From: Macrostomum lignano
Lineage: Eukaryota
Assembly: GCA_002269645.1 (NCBI GenBank)
Contig: NIVC01002262.1
Coordinates: forward strand, 1 to 64,000
Length of the DNA: 64,000 nucleotides
Direction of reading: 5' to 3'
The notes below the pieces were generated by a model. It was not told where the DNA came from. It saw nothing but the letters and a program-made list of their open reading frames with translations, and did no database searches. The translations under genes and the position numbers were made by a program. Below are positions 36,663 to 50,029 of this stretch, piece by piece (position 1 is the first letter of the stretch; each line of letters begins with the position of its first letter).

Positions 36663-39600
36663 GAATATATTTCGATACATATCGGCACTAGAATATATTT
36701 CGATACATATTGGCATTAGAATATATTTCGATACATATCGGCACTAGAATATATTTCGATAACATATCGGCATTAGAATATATTTCGATACATATCGGCC
36801 ATATCCCGCGTGAAAATGTAGCCTCTAATCCTAACCATCCACCAGGTTGTGGCCACCAAACGAAAAAAGTGCTGCTGGAGGTGCAAATCCTGCGACGACA
36901 TGTCGGTGGTGACGAAGGAGTTCGGCGAGGAGCAGTGCACGAAAGTGAGAACGGGACCCGGGCCCAACTGGAACCAGACAGGTGAGCAGCCATGTTTGTA
37001 AATGTCCCATCTCCCAGTCATATTTTATCCCATCTCCCAGTCATACTTATCCCATCTCCCAGTCATATTTATCCCATCTCCCAGTCATTTCTATCCCATC
37101 ACCCAGTCATTTCTATCCCATCACCCAGTCATTTCTATCCCATCTCCCAGTCATATTTATCCATCTCCCACCGCATCTCCAGCCTGTGAGCAGATCCCAA
37201 TTGACTATCTACGCTGGCGCGACACCGAGGCAATTGTGGCGGTGGCCTTCAGCTGCCTGGGCTCGCTGGTCACCCTGTGGGTGGTGTTCATCATCTTCAA
37301 GTACTACAACACCCCGGTGGTGAAGGCGTCCACCGAGAGCTCATGCTGTTCATCCTGTTCGGCATTCTACTGTCGTACCTCACCACCTTCGGCCTGGTGC
37401 ACCGGCCCACTGTAGTCTCCTGCTACCTGTCCCGCGCCCTGCCCGGCCTCAGCCTCTCCTTCATCTACGGTGCCCTAGTCACCAAGACCAACCGCATCGC
37501 CAGGATTCTGGCTGGCAGCAAGAAGAAGATCATGACCAGGAAGCCGCGCTTCCTCAACACCGGCTCCCAGATCGTGATCACCTGCTTCCTCATCAGCGTC
37601 GAGCTCGGCATCATCGTCGGATGCTCGTCTGGGAGAGGCCGGACGCCGTTCTGGACTATCGGCAGAAATTCCGTGTCCGGCTGGTCTGCAACACACCCGA
37701 CCGGCGTCATGGCCCCCTGGCTTCGACGGCTTCCTGATCGTGCTGTGCACCCTCTACGCCATCCGCACCAGGAACCTGCCGGAGAACTTCAACGAGGCCA
37801 AGTTCATCGGTTCACAATGTACACCACGTGCGTCATCTGGCTGAGCTTCGTGCCAATCTACTTCGGCAGCGAGAACAAGGTGACGGCCACCTGCCTGTCC
37901 GTGAGCCTCAGCGCCACCGTGGCTCTGGTGCTGCTGTTCACCCGAAGCTGTACATCATCCTGGTGAAACCGGAGAAGAACAGCAGAAGCGCGTTCTCCAC
38001 CACCAAGGAGGTCCGCTGCCACATCGGCCACTCAACAACTACAACAGTTCCAAGAGCTCGCACAAGCACAATGCCCTGCACGAGTGAGTAGCGGCTGTGA
38101 CAATGGGATTCTGGGAGAAGGGAGCTCAGGGGGTGTTTTACAAGCACGAGGCCCTGGGTTTGTCGCCATTCATGGCCAACCAACTCCTCAAAGTGCAGAG
38201 AGTGCACATGCCTGACGCTGAGAAAGTCAGTGCCGCTGTACACCCCGTGTGAGCGAGTACCTGCGTAGGCACCCAAGGCCCCCCAAACAAACAAAATAAG
38301 TCTTAATTCCCCAACTAAAACCCAACCAGCTCGCATCGCGACGACTCCGAGGTGGCGCTGTGCCGTCGCGCTGGCGGCGGCTGCCACGGGTCTGCTACCC
38401 AGTCGATCACCGCGATTGCGTCCGACGACGTTGCGTCGGTTCGCCGATCGTACAGCTCAAAGTTCGTCCAGACAGGCGACAGCGGCGGCGGCGGCAGCCT
38501 TCGTTGGCGCGGCGGCGGTGGCCGCTGTCCCGCCTGCGGACGGCAGCTCGCGGGCTCCGGCGACCTCGTAGGAGCCTCCGATGCCACCGCGGAGGACGAC
38601 GACGGAGACAACGATGACGAATCGGCGGCGCCCAACCACGTGGAGCCGGGTCGCCGGGCCGGGGGGCGCGCCGCCGCTGCCGTGGTGTCGGCGGCCATCG
38701 CCTCGGCCACTAGCGCGGCCGTCTGCGTGCACGCCGAGGTTTTGCCGCCTTCGCCACCGCTGCCACCGACGCAGCAGCCGCAGCCGTCAGGGGCTGTCGC
38801 TCGCTGCAGCCTGACATCCAGCGAGAGCAGCGATTGCCTCGACGAGGGCGGAAACCTCGGCGTTTCCGGCGGCGTCGATGGTCGTCGCTCGCTGGTGTCG
38901 CTGGAGAGCATGTCTGTCGGCGGCATGAAGTCGCTGGAGGACGAAGAGCACAAGATGCGCACATTCCACCAGTTCATGGAGCGACACGGCCTGCAGTTCG
39001 ACATGGACAGCGTGGACACCAGCGACCTCTAGCTGAGGGGTCCGCCTGGTGCACAGCCTGCTCGCTACCTCAGTCCATTCCCGGCCTGTCCGCTCGTCTT
39101 GCCCTTACCTGTCCATTGTATTACCTGTCCGTGTGATTTTCCTTATGCTATCCATTGAAGCGTCCTACCTGTCAACCTGATTGTCCTACCTGTCCACCTG
39201 ATTGTCCTACCTGTCGCGCCTGATTGTCCTACCTGTCCACATGATTTTTCTATCTGTCCACCTTAATTGTTTTACCTGTTCACCTGATTGTCCTACCTGT
39301 CCACTTAATTGTCCTACCTGTCGACCTGTTTGTCCTACCTGTCCACTTAATTGTCCTACCTGTCGACCTGTTTGTCCTACCTGTCCACTTGATTGTCCTA
39401 CCTGTCCACCTGTTTGTCCTACCTGTCCACATGATTTTCCTATCTGTCCACCTTAATTGTTTTACCTGTTCACCTGATTGTCCTACCTGTCCACTTAATT
39501 GTCCTACCTGTCGACCTGTTAGTCCTATCTGTCCACTTGATTGTCTTACCTGTCCACTTGATTGTTCTACCTGTCCACCTGATTGTCTTACCTGTCTAAT

Positions 39601-41556
39601 TGATTGTCCTACTGTCCACCTGATTGTCTTACCTGTCCACTTGATTGTCCTACCTGTCCACTTGATTGTCTTACCTGTCCACTTGATTGTTCTACCTGTC
39701 CACCTGATTGTCTTACCTGTCCGCTTGATATTGCTTTTACCTGTCCTCGTGATGATTGTCCTAAATTTCTACTGGAGTGTCCCAGCTACCTGTCCAAATG
39801 ATTGTTGAACCTGTCCGCTTTGAGTAACCAACCTGTCCCCTCCCTTTCCCAGACATGTCCGCTGCATCTATTTTTCAGTGAGAAGAAATTCCAGCATCTC
39901 GGAACTTATTTTTTGTAGTCAAAAATTAATTTTCAAGTCTCTTTCGTGATCTCTAAATCCGATAAAGAGTCGTTTTCTACGAAAACTTTAGAAGATAAAT
40001 AAATTTTCTATTGAAGATTTCCAACGCTCGCTAATTCCATCTCAGAGCTTTTGTTGCGACGAAAATTTTGCCGATGACTTCTGGTTGCAGTAGCCGATGC
40101 CTCTGGCTACTGCAACCGCGACTTTACACGGACTGATTCTTGGAATGCCCTTCTTCTGCTGTACATTGGATTGTCCTGCCTCTCCATTGGACTGCAATAC
40201 CTGTTCACCAGATTCCCCTACCTGTTCACTAGATTCCCCTACCTGTTCACTACATTCCCCTACCTGTTCACTACATTCCCCTACCTGTTCACTAGATTCC
40301 CCTACCTGTTCACTACATTCTCCTCTGTTCACTACATTCCCCTACCTGTTCACTAGATTCCCCGACCTGTTCACTACATTCTCCTATCTGTTCACTACAT
40401 TCCCCTTCCTGTTCACCAGATTCGCCTACCTGTTCACCAGATTCCCTTACCTGTTCACCAGATTCCCCTACCTGTTCACTAGATTCCCTTACCTGTTCAC
40501 CAGATTCCCCTACCTGTTCACTAGATTCCCCTACCTGTTCACTAGATTCCCCGACCTGTTCACCAGATTCGCCTACCTGTTCACCAGATTCCCCTACCTG
40601 TTCACCAGATTCCCCTACCTGTTCACCAGATTCCCCTACCTGTTCACTAGATTCCCCTACCTGTTCACTACATTCCCCTACCTGTTCACTACATTCCCCG
40701 ACCTGTTCACTACATTCTCCTATCTGTTCACTACATTCCCCTTCCTGTTCACCAGATTCGCCTACCTGTTCACCAGATTCCCCTACCTGTTCACCAGATT
40801 CCCCTACCTGTTCACTAGATTCCCTTACCTGTTCACCAGATTCCCCTACCTGTTCACTAGATTCCCCGACCTGTTCACCAGATTCCCCTACCTGTTCACT
40901 AGATTCCCCGACCTGTTCACTACATTCCCCTTCCTGTTCACCAGATTCTCCTACCTGTTCACCAGATTCGCCTACCTGTTCACCAGATTCCCCTACCTGT
41001 TCACTAGGTTCCCCTACCTGTTCACTAGGTTCCCCTACCTGTTCACTAGGTTCCCCTACCTGTTCACTAGATTCCCCTATCTGTTCACTAGATTCCCCTA
41101 CCTGTTCACTAGGTTCCCCTACCTGTTCACCAGATTCCCCTACCTGTTCACCAGATTCCCCTACCTGTTCACCAGATTCCCCTACCTGTTCACCAGATTC
41201 CCTTACCTGTTCACCAGATTCCCCTACCTGTTCACTAGATTCACCTACCTGTTCACCAGATTTCCCTATCTGTTCACTAGATTCCCCTACCTGTTCACTA
41301 GATTCCCCTACCTGTTCACTAGGTTCCCCTACCTGTTCACTACATTCCCCTACCTGTTCACCAGATTCCCCTATCTGTTCACCAGATTCCCCTACCTGTT
41401 CACTAGATTTCCCTACCTGTTCACCAGATTCCCCTATCTGTTCACCAGATTCCCCTACCTGTTCACTTGATTCCCCTACCTCTTCACCAGATTCCCCTAC
41501 CTGTTCACTAGGTTCCCCTACCTGTCCATTGGGATTCCAATTCCCATCCCCTGTAC
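36663..41556 (+). other. Near-identical second copy of 30954-35885 (mGluR exons 5-7 at 36846-36981, 37183-38083, 38330-39032 plus downstream repeats)
   Basis: Starts right after the gap with sequence matching 30954 onward; copy 1 stops at the gap at ...atcccctgtac, which copy 2 continues past. Many homopolymer deletions break the exon 5-6 frames. Confidence 0.9.
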
Positions 41557-41741
41557 TGGTGAATATTTAAAATCCTTATGGATTCGATTCAACACAGCTA
41601 ACTGTCAAACTTCTACCAAAATTTGCGCCTTAGTGAGCTGGGGTGTTGAGCATGAGCCAAAGCCGGGCCCAGGATACAGACTGTACTATGTACTTGTATA
41701 TGAAGATGAACATGGGTTGCACATACATATGGGTTCTACAT

Positions 41742-42036
41742 GGGTTGCAGCCTAGTGGTTAGACCGGAAAGTCGGGGGTTCGATTCTCGACCCACTCGGA
41801 ACAATTAGTGTCCTTCAGCAAGACACTATACTCTGAATTGCTTCAGTTTACCCAGCTGTAAAATGGGTGCCAGCATTAGCTGGGGCAATTGAGGCTGTGT
41901 GTGGCGACCCCCCGTCCTTGGACTGAACAGCCGTAGGCAGCTTTCAGATGCGCCGCGCAATAGCTGCGGCTGAGCTGTCGGTTGCACATCTGGCCCAATT
42001 AGGGCAGGTGCAATCAACTATTGCTGTTATTATTAC
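41742..42036 (+). mobile_element. CORE-SINE family 1, copy 2 (deletion within the tRNA head)
   Basis: Colinear with 8730-9043; B-box GGTTCGATTCT; (TAT)-like tail. Confidence 0.8.
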
Positions 42037-42037
42037 G

Positions 42038-42112
42038 AAGATGAGAAAGCCAGGACTGCTTGTACACCCGTTGTGAGCGCGTGTTTGTGTGCTCAGGGGG
42101 TCGGCGGAGCCA
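42038..42112 (+). mobile_element. SINE family 2 degraded fragment abutting the CORE-SINE tail
   Basis: GATGAGAAAG...TGTACACCCGTTGTGAG...TGCTCAGGGGGTCGGCGGA. Confidence 0.45.
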
Positions 42113-42969
42113 GCAACACACAGCCTCTCCATCCTTGTTCATGAGCCCCGCACAGGCGGCTGGGAAACCAGCTAGCCAGCCAGTCAGCCCCGGCCGGGGG
42201 AGGTGAACTCTAGATGGGGTATCTAAAACCGCAGCCTCCAAGCCTCATCAACTCAGCAAGCTTCAAATGTTTAGTTGGCTGTTTGTTTTAAATTTCCCCA
42301 AATAAAATCAGGTGAACAATGTCCGGGACCCATCAATCAGAGACTCTACGAAGCCGGATATTCCTGCCTCCCTATCTCGTCTCATCTCAAAACGCCTAAT
42401 TAAAAGGCCGCTGCCGCCAGCCTCTGGGGAGCCGAGGCCAGTCCTGTGAAACTACTTGAGGCGCAGTCGAGTGCCGGAGAGAAAGTGTGTGAAGTGTGAA
42501 GGAGAGCGAAGATTGATTGAAATGAATAGGAGGGCCCTGGAGGATGGGAGAGGCAGGTGGTGCAGCGGCTGTTTTAAAACTTTGCCGACTCGATTGCGAG
42601 ACTTGGGATGAATTATTAATCAACACGGGGACTTTTCATCCGGCACCAAAATAAATGCATTTTGGCTGGCAGCTTTCCGCAGGGAAGCATAATCCCACGC
42701 TGCCGGAAAATTCCCACTATGTTCAGCCACTCCCATAGTTGTCAATAGAGACCAGGATTTTGTGGGATTAAAAGTTAAGAATTTTTCTCTGAGCAAAAGA
42801 CTTGTAGGCTTGTATTACCATTTTTATTCGGCTAATGCAAATCTCTATAAAACTTTTTTTAACATTAGAAATGTAGAACTGCCGGGATGGCCTGAGAGTT
42901 TTATGGATTTCTGATAAAGTAGACAATGTACTTTTTCAGAAGTACAATGTACTTTACAATGTACTTTCA

Positions 42970-43270
42970 ATGGCGCCGAGGTGACACCATAATGATGTAC
43001 AGTGTAAGAGTGGCACCGAAATGGAAAAAAATGGCGCTAAAATGGAGTAGAAATGGCACCAAAATGGATTAGAAATGGCGCCGAAATGGAATAAGAGTGG
43101 CGCCGAAATGGAGTAAGAATGGCGCCGAAACTGAGCAGGAATGGCGCCGAAACAGAGTAGGTATGGTGCCGAACCGGGGTAGAAATGGCGCCGAAATGCA
43201 GTAGGAATGGCGCCGAAATGCAGTAAGAATGGCGCCGAAATACAGTAAGAACGGCGCTGAAATACAGTAA
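42970..43270. repeat. 21-22-bp repeat (AATGGCGCCGAAATGGAGTAG)
   Basis: Direct reading. Confidence 0.85.
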
Positions 43271-43667
43271 AAGCGACACCCCAGAGGCCTACTAGAACTC
43301 ATTTATACACAGGATCGTCGGTCAAAGTGTGTCGAACTGCACTTTCCCTCTGCGAAGGAATGCTCGAACTTTCATGGCAACAATGTTAGCAACTTTGCTG
43401 CCAAAAGATTGCAGTCAACAGAAGGCCAAGGACAGCAAGCGCGGGCCCCCAAGGCTCCCAGGCAGTTGCATCCAATTATCTTTCAATCACATCCAATAAT
43501 GGCCACGAAGGTCCGGGCTGCAGATTGCCCCCAGGGTCAGGGGGGTGTGTTGCCGAGGCCAATATTGACCCGATGATGTGGGTGAGCAGCGCGGGTGGCT
43601 CAGCGACTCAAAAATTGTTTCCCAGGCCCGCACGAGATCAACCTCGGCGGCAAGGCGTCTATGATCC

Positions 43668-44080
43668 AGCATGTACAGTGTCAGTATGGTCATGCATCAG
43701 CATGTACAGTGTCAGTATGGTCATGCATCAGCATGTACAGTGTCAGTATGGTCATGCATCAGCATGTACTGTGTCAGTATGGTCATGCATCAGCATGTAC
43801 AGTGTCAGTATGGTCATGCACCAGCATGTACAGTGTCAGTATGGTCATGCATCAGCATGTACAGTGTCAGTATGGTCATGCATCAGCATGTACAGTGTCA
43901 GTATGGTCATGCACCAGCATGTACAGTGTCAGTATGGTCATGCATCAGCTTGTACAGTGTCAGTATGGTCATGCATCAGCATGTACACTGTCAGTATGGT
44001 CACGCATCAGCATGTACAGTGTCAGTATGGTCATGCATCAGCATGTACACTGTCAGTATGGTCATGCATCAGCATGTACA
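43668..44080. repeat. 31-bp minisatellite (CATGTACAGTGTCAGTATGGTCATGCATCAG)
   Basis: Direct reading. Confidence 0.95.
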
Positions 44081-44659
44081 GAGTGAGTCCATCACCTGGT
44101 CCTGATTTATTGTGATGGAGTGTAGCGAAATGAAGAATGAAGGACACTGCCAATAAGGGACATTGACAGTGCATTTAAAGTCGGTAAATGTTAATCCCAA
44201 ATCCTAAACTTTTTCTGGTCTCATTTTCTATTCAATTCGAGTTTCGAATGCGAGTTCTCATAAAGCTCGACCGCTCGAACTTCCCCAGACTAATGAGCTC
44301 GATGATTCAAAGAACTCAAAATGCTGGAATGGAAAATGAGTCAATTTCCTGACTTGGAAATTTGAAGGCATTCGCTATGCAAATGCACGAGGCTCTTGTC
44401 CTTTGTGCACGGACTGATGGCCATAGACAAATTTGAGCAACTGGAATATGCGAGCTGGGATTCGAAGTTTGCTCAGACACGGATTTTCACAAATTCCTGG
44501 CCAATTTGCTTTGACTTAGAAATGCTTCTACAAAGCAGAGAACTCCTACTTCTGAGTCTGCAAGCAAAGTGACGCTCCGAGCTCTGGAGTCCCTGGCAAA
44601 AGGATAAAAGGTACACAAGCATCCCGGAGTGAAATTCTGCACTACAGGAATCTTCCATC

Positions 44660-45312
44660 TGACCTATTGTATCTGACCCATCAATCTACACACCTGACCT
44701 ATTAATCTGCACACCCGACCCATCAATCTACACACCTGACCCATCAATCTACACACCTGACACAAATAATCTACACACCTTGACCCATCATTCTACACTC
44801 CTGACCCATCAATCTACACACCCGACCCATCAATCTACACACCTGACCTATTAATCTGCACACCCGACCCATCAATCTACACACCTGACCTATTAATCTG
44901 CACACCTGACCAATCAATCTACACACCTGACCTATTAATCTGCACACCTGACCCATCAATCTACAAACCTGACCTATTAATCTGCACACCTGACCAATCA
45001 ATCTACACACCTGACCTATTAATCTGCACACCTGACCCATCAATCTACACACCTGACCTATTAATCTGCACACCTGACCCATCAATCTACACACCTGACC
45101 CATCAATCTACACACCTGACCTATTAATCTGCACACCTGACCCATCAATCTACACACCTGACCCATCAATCTACACACCTGACCTATTAATCTGCACACC
45201 TGACCCATCAATCTACACACCTGACCCATCAATCTACACACCTAATCCCACAATCTACACACCTGACCCATCAATCTACACACCTGACCCATCAATCTAC
45301 GCACCTGACCCA
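44660..45312. repeat. 21-bp minisatellite (ACACCTGACCCATCAATCTAC / ACACCTGACCTATTAATCTGC)
   Basis: Direct reading. Confidence 0.93.
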
Positions 45313-45941
45313 ATAATGCATAAAATTAGCCAAAGTAACCGAAGTACTCACACAGGCTTATAAACTTGGGCCAGTAAATCAGTGGTTTCCAACAGAAGGA
45401 GAAGATCCAGAGCAGTTAATGATTAATATATATTCAATAGTTACAAACATGAATCTATGTATACATGCAATTATAAGTGTGGCAAACAGATCAAAGCATA
45501 GTAAGTGTAGTGGACAGAGAACGGGCTAATTTAATTAATTGCACACACTGGTTCTACATTTGTACTGACTTCTAACACACAACTTATCTCGTGACCCGGT
45601 AAGCCTACTCATGCGTGCTGTGGAGATCCGGTTGAGGCTTAAAAAGTGTATTTTTCATAACTTAATTTTACTTTTTTTCATTTGCAATCAAGCTCAACTT
45701 AGGGAAGGGTATAAAAGATCATAAAGACTGAATGAATTCCTGCAGAATGGACACGCGACCAACGGAGCGGAAAATGACAAAATTTGACTTGACAAAACAT
45801 CAGTGGCTCGTATACGGCATGGGTCCATCTATGCTAAAACTGGAATATGTAATACTGTAATTTGGTTAAGCTGATCCAGTCTCCATAATACATTTCTTGC
45901 GGCTCTGGGAGGGGAGACACTGCATTGAAATAAATTTAGTC

Positions 45942-47283
45942 TGAGGATCTGGGAGTCTGGCGGTGGCCCAGCAACTGAGGATCTGGGAGGCTGGCCCAGC
46001 AACTGAGGATCTGGGAGGCTGGCCCAGCAACTGAGGATCTGGGAGGCTGGCCCAGCAACTGAGGATCTGGGAGGCTGGTCAGCAACTGAGCATCTGGGAG
46101 GCTGGTCAGCAACTGAGGATCTGGGAGGCTGGTCAGCAACTGAGGATCTGGGAGGCTGGCCCAGCAACTGAGGATCTGGGAGGCTGGCCCAGCAACTGAG
46201 GATCTGGGAGGCTGGCCCAGCAACTGAGGATCTGGGAGGCTGGCCCAGCAACTGAGGATCTGGGAGGCTGGCCCAGCAACTGAGGATCTGGGAGGCTGGC
46301 CCAGCAACTGAGGATCTGGGAGGCTGGCCCAGCAACTGAGGATCTGGGAGGCTGGCCCAGCAACTGAGGATCTGGGAGGCTGGCCCAGCAACTGAGGATC
46401 TGGGAGGCTGGTCAGCAACTGAGCATCTGGGAGGCTGGCCCAGCAACTGAGGATCTGGGAGGCTGGCCCAGCAACTGAGCATCTGGGAGGCTGGCCCAGC
46501 AACTGAGGATCTGGGAGGCTGGCCCAGCAACTGAGGATCTGGGAGGCTGGCCCAGCAACTGAGGATCTGGGAGGCTGGCCCAGCAACTGAGGATCTGGGA
46601 GGCTGGCCCAGCAACTGAGGATCTGGGAGGCTGGTCAGCAACTGAGGATCTGGGAGGCTGGCCCAGCAACTGAGGATCTGGGAGGCTGGCCCAGCAACTG
46701 AGGATCTGGGAGGCTGGTCAGCAACTGAGGATCTGGGAGGCTGGCCCAGCAACTGAGGATCTGGGAGGCTGGCCTAGCAACAGGGGATCTGGGAGGCTGA
46801 CCCAGCAACTGGGGATCTGGGAGGCTGGCCCAGAAACTGAGGATCTGGGAGGCTGGTCAGCAACTGAGGATCTGGGAGGCTGGCCCAGCAACTGAGGATC
46901 TGGGAGGCTGGCCCAGCAACTGAGGATCTGGGAGGCTGGTCAGCAACTGAGGATCTGGGAGGCTGGCCCAGCAACTGAGGATCTGGGAGGCTGGCCTAGC
47001 AACTGAGGATCTGGGAGGCTGACCCAGCAACTGGGGATCTGGGAGGCTGGCCCAGAAACTGAGGATCTGGGAGGCTGGTCAGCAACTGAGGATCTGGGAG
47101 GCTGGCCCAGCAACTGAGGATCTGGGAGGCTGGCCTAGCAACTGAGGATCTGGGAGGCTGGTCAGCAACTGAGGATCTGGGAGGCTGGCCCAGCAACTGA
47201 GGATCTGGGAGGCTGGCCTAGCAACAGGGGATCTGGGAGGCTGACCCAGCAACTGGGGATCTGGGAGGCTGGCCCAGCAACTG
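45942..47283 (+). repeat. 28-bp minisatellite (GGCCCAGCAACTGAGGATCTGGGAGGCT) downstream of the ASK1 stop
   Basis: Direct reading; reverse complement of the array at 55871-56910. Confidence 0.97.
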
Positions 47284-47644
47284 ATGAAACTGATGGAGAC
47301 AACTCTCAGCAGTTGCTAACACGCGCTCCAATTTGAAAAATCAGACAAAATCATGCAGCACTGCAGAGGGAAATAAAAAACGAAAAGGTAGAAAAAAGTG
47401 CTTAACACTTGTTCATCATGCAAAGGTTGGGCTCTGCTAGACTTTCAGTTTGACAACTGAGACAATTGATCAGTTATTGGTCACAGAAACTATGACAGGT
47501 AAATATCTGTTGCAGTCTGTACGCGAGGAGGGTACATAAAATATATATACACAAGACAATTCAATGAAGCTACTGAATAACAATCACTATTAATTACTGA
47601 TAATTACTGAAGTTTGAACTCTCTATTGAATATGCTATTGCCAA

Positions 47645-47768
47645 TTAGTGCTGGGCTTCGGTACCTGGGTTGCCAGGTGCTTCAGATGAAGATTGCTGCT
47701 GCTGCTGTTGTTGCTGGCTGGCTCGGTGCCTGAGAATCGCCTGCCAGAGTCTGACAACTGCGCCGCCT
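47645..47768 (-). CDS. MAP3K5: ASK1-family last exon (end of SAM domain)
   Basis: tacgcAG|A completes Arg, then GGAVVRLWQAILRHR (ASK1 RGGMLCTLWKAI)...QH-TAA. Confidence 0.88.
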
Positions 47769-47984
47769 CTGCGTAATAGGAATAAAACAGGGACCTATAT
47801 AATTTGCTGCAGAATAGTAGAATAGAAATCTAAGTATAGAATCTAGGGATTTTGCCTAAGGGGCTTCTCTAGAGTTAGAGATCTAGATTAGAGAATGAGG
47901 TTTATGGATCTAGAGGTGGAAGTTAGGGATCTAGAAGACGAGTTTCAGTGATCTGGGAAAGGTGGGACTTAAGGATCTACGAAG

Positions 47985-48316
47985 GGTGAGATTTAGGGAT
48001 CTAGAGTGAGAGTTGGGAATTTATGGCGGGATTTAGGAATCTATGGTGAGATTTAGGGATCTAGAGTGAGATTTAGGGATCAATGGTGAAAGTTAAGAAT
48101 CTAAAGTGAGATTTAGGGATCTAGGGTAAGATGTAGGGATCTAAGATGAGATTTAGAAACCTATGGTGGGATTTATGGATCTAGGGTGACATTTAAAGAT
48201 CTATGGTGAGATTTAGGGATCTAGGGTGAGATTTAGGGATCTAGGGTGAGATTTAGGGATCTAGGGTGAGATTTAGGGATCTAGGGTGAGATTTAGGGAT
48301 CTAGGGTGAGATCTAG
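47985..48316. repeat. 20-bp repeat (GATTTAGGGATCTAGGGTGA), ASK1 intron 8
   Basis: Direct reading. Confidence 0.85.
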
Positions 48317-48472
48317 TAGAATAAGATTAAGGGATCTACGAAGTTCGAAACTGATGGATCTGAGGTTGAGATTTGAGTTAACCATTGAGCCACCTCATGT
48401 TGATCGGCACTGGAAGGCTGTAGGGATCGGGGAGACAAGATTTGAATGACCCCAGACCGGTCCCGCACTCAC

Positions 48473-50004
48473 CGGATCGGCGCCCGGCTCAGATCCTCTT
48501 TGTCGCACAGCAGCAGCGTCTCCAAATCGAAATCCTGCAGGGCCAGCACGGCGACATCGACGCTGGACACTCGGGCCTCGCGCTCCGCCCAGGCCGCCAT
48601 GTCCGGGTCGATCCTCACCGTGTCCGCGTCCGAGGCGTCGGCGGCGGCCGCCGCAGTTTCTGACTCGGCCGACGACGATTGCAGCCGAAGGCGGAGCTGC
48701 TGGCACTCGGCCAGCCGGCCGGCGCAGGCCCGCTCCAGCAGGCGGGCGTACTCGGACGTCGCTTCACTGTAGCGTCGGCGAAGCCTGTCGAGGTGTTCTG
48801 ACGAGGCTTCGGAGTTGACAGCGGCGGAGATCGCCATGGAAGGCGCCGGAGGCGACTGCTGCTGCTGTTGCGACTGCCGACGCTGCAGCTGCGGCTGCTG
48901 CTGCGGTCTGGCCCCCGCTGTGCCGCTGGCGTCGCGGCTGTCGTAAGTCGACACACCGGACGTCAGCGCGTCCTCGTCCTCGGCGCCGTTGTCAGCAGCT
49001 GCTGCGCCATCGCCGGCGGCAGCATCGGCAGCGGCGGCCGGATTGGAGGCTGGCAGGCAGCGGGCGGCCGCTTCGATGGCATCCCTGAGGATGCTGTCCA
49101 GGGCGAACACCCAGTGCGGCTGGATGTGCCGGCGGCGCAGGGTGGCGGTGACGGCCTCGCCGAGCGAGTAGACGGCCAGGCTGGCGGTCCGGTAGCCCGA
49201 GGCGGACACCAGGCGGCGCATGGCGTCCTCCAGTTCGGCGAATCGAGCCTGGCGCTCTTTGATGTAGGCGGCGAACGCGCGCAGCACCTGGGCGAGCAGG
49301 TCGGAGTCGGGCACGTTGATGGTCGCGGAGGCTGAGGCTGCGGCAGCAGCAGCGGCACCAGCTTCGTCGGCAGTGGCGGCGGAGGAAGAGGCGGCGCTGC
49401 AGTCGCAGTGCTGATCGCCGAGAAGCTGGATCCAGCGCTGCACAATCTCGGTCCAATCCTGCAGCATGATGCCGTGCAGAGTCTCCCGACGCTCGGAGTC
49501 TTTGCGGAGCAAGAAGAACTTGTTGCTGGTGTTGCTGCTGCCGCTGCTGCTGGGCACGTCGCTGATGAACGGGCTGAGCAGATGGTCGGCGGCGCTGGAC
49601 GACGGCGGGCTCGGCGTGTTCGCCGCCGATGCGCTGCCAGCTACGGCGGCGGCTGCCACAGCGGCGTTGTGAGCGCAGGCGGAAGTCGGGGTCACCGTTG
49701 CTGAGGCCGACGTGACAGTCGCTGCGTGGGCGGCAGCAACATCGATGGAGGCCAGGTGGTGCGGGTGCCGCCTGCCTCCGCCACCGGCACCGCCGCTGCC
49801 GCCGCCGCCACTGGCGGCCTGGTCGGTGCGGCTGATGCCTCGGTTGGTGCCCCGCTTCCGGTGCAGCAGGCGGGCGGCCTCGGCCAGGAAATCGTGAGCC
49901 AAAAGCTGGGCGCAGGTGGCCCGCTGGTTGGGGTCGATGGCGAAGGACTGCAGGCAGAAGTCTGAGCAGGTCTTGCTGCTGGCCTCCGGGATGTCTGGGT
50001 GCAC
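48473..50004 (-). CDS. MAP3K5: ASK1-family exon 8 (kinase end, C-terminal conserved region, coiled coil, start of SAM)
   Basis: VHPDIPE, FFLLRKDSERRETL, HIQPHWVFALDSILR, TSGVST; phase-2 donor GTGAGT at 48472. Confidence 0.92.
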
Positions 50005-50029
50005 CTACGCAAATGGGGAATAATAATGA

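Noticed and set aside
35837-36716. ORFs spanning X residues
   Set aside because: Artefacts of the N gap.
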